Assembly (NCBI GenBank): GCA_034005635.1
Contig: JAVEUJ010000002.1
Location: 1-40,816 of the forward strand
Source: Kiritimatiellia bacterium
GTDB lineage: Bacteria; Verrucomicrobiota; Kiritimatiellia; CAIQIC01; Lenti-01
Direction: 5' to 3'
DNA: 40,816 bases
Shown here in pieces: positions 34,181-40,816 of the stretch (position 1 is the stretch's first letter; each line of letters opens with the position of its first letter). The position numbers and the translations under genes are program-made. The notes beneath the pieces are model-generated. The model had not been told where the DNA came from, searched no databases, and saw only the letters and a program-made list of their open reading frames with translations.

Positions 34181-37100
34181 GTGGAACCCATTCCTGCTAA
34201 GCCTATTTTTGACACTGAATCCCAGCCGGGATTTGACTTTGTAACCATTACCCTGGCCTCACCGGAAATCATCCGGTCCTGGAGCCATGGGGAGGTTAAA
34301 AACCCCGAAACAATTAACTATCGTACCTTCAAGCCCGAAAAGGGCGGGTTGTTCTGCGAGCGCATCTTTGGGCCCACCAAGGACTGGGAATGTTCGTGCG
34401 GCAAGTACAAGCGCATCAAGCACAAAAACATTGTCTGCGACCGCTGCGGCGTGGAAGTGACCCTGGCGCGCGTCCGTCGCGAACGCATGGGCCACATCGA
34501 ACTGGCGGTGCCAGTATCGCACCTGTGGTTCTTCAAGTGCGCGCCCAGCCGCATGGCCACAGTGTTGGACATGACTGCCAAAGCTCTCGAACGCGTGCTC
34601 TACTACGAAGACTATATTGTAGTTGATCCGGGCGATACCGCCTTGGAACCGCGCCAGCTTCTCAATGAAGATGAATACCGCGAAGCGCTGGACAAGTATG
34701 GTGAGACCTTTGTCGCTCAGATGGGCGCCGAGGGCGTACGCGAGATTCTGTCCAAGATCGATTTAGCTGATGAGTTGGACCATCTCGAGACTGAAATGGA
34801 GAACACCCGCAGCAAGGCGACCCGCAAAAAGCTGACCAAGCGGATGAAGATTATTGACTCCTTCCGCACCAGCCATACGCGTCCGGAATGGATGATTCTG
34901 CAGGTGCTGCCTGTCATTCCCCCGGACCTCCGTCCGCTCGTGCCACTTGAAGGGGGACGTTTCGCCACCAGCGATCTCAACGATTTGTATCGTCGGGTGA
35001 TCAACCGGAACAACCGCCTGAAAAACCTGTTGCAGCTCAAGACGCCGGACGTAATTGTCCGCAACGAGAAGCGCATGCTGCAGGAAGCAGTGGACGCCCT
35101 GTTTGATAACGGTCGCCATGGCCGCGCGGTGACCGGCGCGGGCAACCGCCCGCTCAAATCGCTGAGCGATATGCTCAAGGGTAAGCAAGGTCGCTTCCGC
35201 CAAAACTTGCTGGGCAAGCGCGTGGACTACTCCGGGCGCTCCGTCATTGTCATCGGCCCGGGTCTACGCATGAACCAGTGCGGCCTGCCCAAGAAGATGG
35301 CGTTGGTGCTCTTCGAGCCCTTCATTATCCGCCGCCTCAAAGCCATGGGTGTCGTGCACACAGTGCGCAGCGCTAAGAAAATGATCGAACGCGAAGAGGA
35401 TCAGGTTTGGGATATTCTCGAAGAAGTCACTCGCGGCCATACCGTGATGCTCAACCGCGCGCCCACCCTGCACCGCCTCTCCATCCAGTCTTTCGAGCCG
35501 GTGTTGATCGAAGGCGAAGCCATTCGGATCCATCCGCTTGTTTGTACGGCCTACAACGCCGACTTCGACGGTGACCAGATGGCCGTACACGTGCCGCTGT
35601 CCATCGAAGCTCAGATGGAAAGCAAGCTGATCATGCTGGCGCCGAACAACATCTTTTCGCCCTCCAGTGGGAAGCCCATTACAACGCCGACGCAAGACAT
35701 TGCCCTGGGTTGCTACTATCTCACGGTGGATTCCCAGCAGGAGCGCTTGCGCGCCCGGCAGGCCAAGGCACCCGATGACATTGTGCATTTGCCGATCTTC
35801 AGTGACGCTCAGGAAGTTCACACCGCCTCCGATGAAGGCGCCGTAAAGGTGCACACCCGCATCCGTCTCAAGAATCCGGACTATCAGACCGAGACCAAAT
35901 ACGGGGACAAGGACAAGTCGGTTATCACCACAACAGTGGGGCGCGTGTTCTTTAATGAAATTTGGCCCGATGCCATGGGCTTCTACAATGCCGCCGTGCC
36001 GAAAAAGAGACTCGAGGAACTCATCCGCCACTGCTACGAAGTCGCCGGTCATGACGAAACAGTCAAAACCCTCGATGCCGTTAAGGATCTTGGATTCGAA
36101 GCGGCCACCCTGGCCGGGTTCTCCGTCGGCATCGTCGACATGATCGTGCCGGAGACCAAGGGTAAAACCATCGAGATCGCCCGCAAGTCTCTGGCCGAGG
36201 TTGAAGCGCAGTACCGCAAGGGTATTATTACCGACGGCGAGCGTTACAACAAAATCATTGATATCTGGACCCATGCCACGGACGAAGTCTCGAGTCAGAT
36301 GTTCCGTGCCATGGAGTACAACGAATCACGCAGCGAAGTGAACCCATTGTTTATGATGGTGGATTCCGGCGCGCGTGGTAATCGCCAGCAGATTCGTCAG
36401 TTGGCGGGTATGCGTGGGCTGATGGCCAAGCCCTCGGGCGAAATTATCGAGCGGCCCATTTTGGCTAACTTCCGCGAAGGTCTCAGTGTACTCGAGTACT
36501 TCATCTCGACCCACGGCGCTCGTAAAGGCTTGGCCGACACCGCGTTGAAGACCGCCGATTCGGGCTATATGACCCGTAAACTGGTGGACGTCTCACAGGA
36601 TGTGATCGTGGTCGAAGAAGACTGTGGCACCCTTAACGGTATCGAGGTGTTTGCCATCCTGCGGGGTGATGAAGAACTGGTTCCGTTGACCCAGCGTATT
36701 TTGGGGCGCACCACGGTGGACGATATTCGTGCACCGCGCACCGGAGAGATTGTCGTGGCCGCGGGCTATGAAATTGACGAAAAGGTCGCAGAGAAGATCT
36801 ACCGCGCCGAAATTGAAAGCGTTAAGATTCGCTCTGTACTTACCTGTGAGTCACGGCGCGGCATTTGCGCCAAGTGCTACGGCCGCAACCTGGCCAACGG
36901 GCGTACGGCAGTTCTGGGCGAGGCCACTGGCATCATTGCGGCCCAATCCATCGGCGAGCCGGGCACCCAGTTGACGATGCGGACTTTCCATATCGGTGGT
37001 ACCGCCAGCAGCACCTTCAAACAGCCGGAAATTCTCGTCAAGAACGACGGCATACTCAAGTACGAGGAACTCTATTCGGTACCTGGCCCGGATGGTAACC

Positions 37101-38347
37101 ACATTGTGCTGAATAAAAACGGCATGCTTGGCGTATACGACAAGGATGGTCGCGAACTGGAACGTCATACCGTGCCGCTGGGCAGTGTGCTGCCCGTTCG
37201 GGATGGCGCCACGACCAAGAAGGGCGAGGCCATCGCCAAGTGGGACCCGTATAACGTGCCTATTCTTGGTGAATATGCGGGTGTCGTGGATACCCGCGAC
37301 TTCATGATGGGCGTCACGGTCCGCAAGGAAATCGACGAAGCCACTGGCATGGAGGACTTGGTCATTTTGGAGCACCGCGATGATATTCACCCTCAAGTTT
37401 TGATCCGCGACGCCGCTGACCGCAAGAAGATCCTGGCTACCTACACGATGCCCGCTGGCGCGCATGTGTCGGTCGAGAAGGGCGATGCAATTACAGCGGG
37501 TACGGTTATTGCCAAAACGCCGCGCAAGCAGGCTCGGACCAAGGATATCACCGGCGGGTTACCGCGTGTATCCGAGCTGTTCGAAGCGCGTAAGCCCAAG
37601 GATGCCGCTGATATTGCCAAGATCGATGGTATCGTCGAAATGGCGGGCAGCGCCCGTGGGCGTCGCAAATTGCTGGTTCGCGATCCCATCACTGACGATA
37701 CCGAAGAGCACTTGATCCCACTCAATAAACACATCGTGGTGTACGCAGGCGATCGGGTCAAAAAGGGCCAATCCCTGACGGAAGGACCCGTTGTTCCGCA
37801 GGAAATTCTCGAGGTTTGCGGTCCGCAGGAACTGCAGGAGTATCTGGTGAACGAAGTGCAGGAGGTTTACCGCCTCCAAGGTGTTGAAATCAACGACAAG
37901 CACATCGAAATCATCGTGCGCCAGATGTTGCGTAAGGTTCGGATCACCGAGCCTGGCGACACCGGATTCCTCTGGGGCGAACAGGTTGAGAAACAAACCT
38001 TCATCGAGGTCAACCGCAAGGTGGCCGAAGAGGGGCGCAAACCCGCCGAGGCCGCGCCGCTGTTGCTGGGCATTACCAAGGCGTCCCTGGAGACGGAAAG
38101 CTTTATTGCTGCCGCGTCTTTCCAGGATACGACCCGGGTCCTGACCGACGCCGCAACGTTGGCTCGTCAGGATAACCTGCGCGGGTTTAAGGAAAACGTC
38201 ATCATGGGCCATGTGATCCCGGCCGGGACGGGGTTCTCGATGTACCGCAACATCAAGCTGGTGCCTCTTGTTGAGCCTATTTCAGCCGAGGAACTTCTGG
38301 GCGACCAGTTGGCCACGGTGCCGGGAACAGTCTATTCCGAATTCTGA
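34181..38347 (+). CDS. rpoC: DNA-directed RNA polymerase beta' subunit
   Basis: 1388-aa ORF with a GTG start and a GAGGAGG 5 nt upstream. Zn finger is [20 protein letters not shown]; catalytic motif is [12 protein letters not shown]. Confidence 0.98.
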   Translation: MEPIPAKPIFDTESQPGFDFVTITLASPEIIRSWSHGEVKNPETINYRTFKPEKGGLFCERIFGPTKDWECSCGKYKRIKHKNIVCDRCGVEVTLARVRRERMGHIELAVPVSHLWFFKCAPSRMATVLDMTAKALERVLYYEDYIVVDPGDTALEPRQLLNEDEYREALDKYGETFVAQMGAEGVREILSKIDLADELDHLETEMENTRSKATRKKLTKRMKIIDSFRTSHTRPEWMILQVLPVIPPDLRPLVPLEGGRFATSDLNDLYRRVINRNNRLKNLLQLKTPDVIVRNEKRMLQEAVDALFDNGRHGRAVTGAGNRPLKSLSDMLKGKQGRFRQNLLGKRVDYSGRSVIVIGPGLRMNQCGLPKKMALVLFEPFIIRRLKAMGVVHTVRSAKKMIEREEDQVWDILEEVTRGHTVMLNRAPTLHRLSIQSFEPVLIEGEAIRIHPLVCTAYNADFDGDQMAVHVPLSIEAQMESKLIMLAPNNIFSPSSGKPITTPTQDIALGCYYLTVDSQQERLRARQAKAPDDIVHLPIFSDAQEVHTASDEGAVKVHTRIRLKNPDYQTETKYGDKDKSVITTTVGRVFFNEIWPDAMGFYNAAVPKKRLEELIRHCYEVAGHDETVKTLDAVKDLGFEAATLAGFSVGIVDMIVPETKGKTIEIARKSLAEVEAQYRKGIITDGERYNKIIDIWTHATDEVSSQMFRAMEYNESRSEVNPLFMMVDSGARGNRQQIRQLAGMRGLMAKPSGEIIERPILANFREGLSVLEYFISTHGARKGLADTALKTADSGYMTRKLVDVSQDVIVVEEDCGTLNGIEVFAILRGDEELVPLTQRILGRTTVDDIRAPRTGEIVVAAGYEIDEKVAEKIYRAEIESVKIRSVLTCESRRGICAKCYGRNLANGRTAVLGEATGIIAAQSIGEPGTQLTMRTFHIGGTASSTFKQPEILVKNDGILKYEELYSVPGPDGNHIVLNKNGMLGVYDKDGRELERHTVPLGSVLPVRDGATTKKGEAIAKWDPYNVPILGEYAGVVDTRDFMMGVTVRKEIDEATGMEDLVILEHRDDIHPQVLIRDAADRKKILATYTMPAGAHVSVEKGDAITAGTVIAKTPRKQARTKDITGGLPRVSELFEARKPKDAADIAKIDGIVEMAGSARGRRKLLVRDPITDDTEEHLIPLNKHIVVYAGDRVKKGQSLTEGPVVPQEILEVCGPQELQEYLVNEVQEVYRLQGVEINDKHIEIIVRQMLRKVRITEPGDTGFLWGEQVEKQTFIEVNRKVAEEGRKPAEAAPLLLGITKASLETESFIAAASFQDTTRVLTDAATLARQDNLRGFKENVIMGHVIPAGTGFSMYRNIKLVPLVEPISAEELLGDQLATVPGTVYSEF

Positions 38348-38371
38348 TTATTGTTTCCGTATCACGTCTCC

Positions 38372-38403
38372 AACGGCCCGGCGCTTGCCGGGCCGTTTTT
38401 GTT
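38372..38403 (+). terminator. Rho-independent terminator after rpoC
   Basis: AACGGCCCGGC-gctt-GCCGGGCCGTT followed by TTTTTG, starting 25 nt after the rpoC stop. Confidence 0.8.
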
Positions 38404-38530
38404 TGCCGGACTTTCCAACCCCGCTAAGATTTGAGATACTGCGCCCATGAACACGTTTGTGTCGGCGGTGATGATCTTGTGGATCTTTGGTATGGTGATT
38501 TACCTCACCCAGGATCTGTAGAGCTGTTCT

Positions 38531-40756
<2,226 letters not shown>

Positions 40757-40816
40757 ACGTCGACCGGGTTAGTAGGTCGGCAGAATGTCTAGGAAAACAA
40801 GAATAGTTTCCAGGGA

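Overview
GC-rich bacterial chromosomal segment, almost fully coding. Everything below comes from reading the sequence and ORF translations and from remembered family motifs; no searches were run.

Left part (1-19 kb):
- the 5' portion of a CodB-type cytosine permease (minus strand, runs off the window, missing from the ORF track)
- a 1,335-aa secreted dual-HKD (PLD-superfamily) protein
- envelope and glycan genes: an LPS-kinase-like/GH-like fusion, a WaaE-like GT2, a secreted SGNH hydrolase, two ATGA-coupled GT4 transferases plus a polytopic membrane protein, and a membrane-anchored SGNH-like/TPR protein
- an HMG-CoA synthase and a ClC-CBS-TrkA_C channel

Middle (19-25.4 kb): tRNA-Thr(CGU), a zinc-ribbon mini membrane protein, and a CBS-hoxF-hoxU-hoxY-hoxH-hoxW operon for a Ralstonia-type NAD-reducing group 3d [NiFe] hydrogenase.

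Right part (25.4-40.8 kb): the conserved tRNA-Thr(GGU)-tuf-rpmG-tRNA-Trp-secE-nusG-rplK-rplA-rplJ-rplL-rpoB-rpoC cluster, an intrinsic terminator, and priA. The 50-aa rpmG and the three tRNAs are not in the ORF track. The EF-Tu switch-I variant suggests, from memory and unverified, a Planctomycetota/Verrucomicrobiota-type organism.

I see no CRISPR array, prophage, transposase/integrase or recognisable defence island, and I cannot honestly nominate a clear novel multi-gene system.

The least explained signals are non-coding:
- a 15-bp palindrome (TTCCA-N5-TGGAA) present as triplets with identical 22/31-bp spacing in two unlinked intergenic regions
- tandem heptamer arrays in five intergenic regions, three of them T[TC]CAA-type and two of those flanking parts of the hox operon
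- a hoxH-hoxW spacer built mostly of repeats

Among proteins, the secreted PLD giant, the kinase/GH-like fusion and the GT4-GT4-membrane protein/SGNH-TPR cluster are the least characterised.
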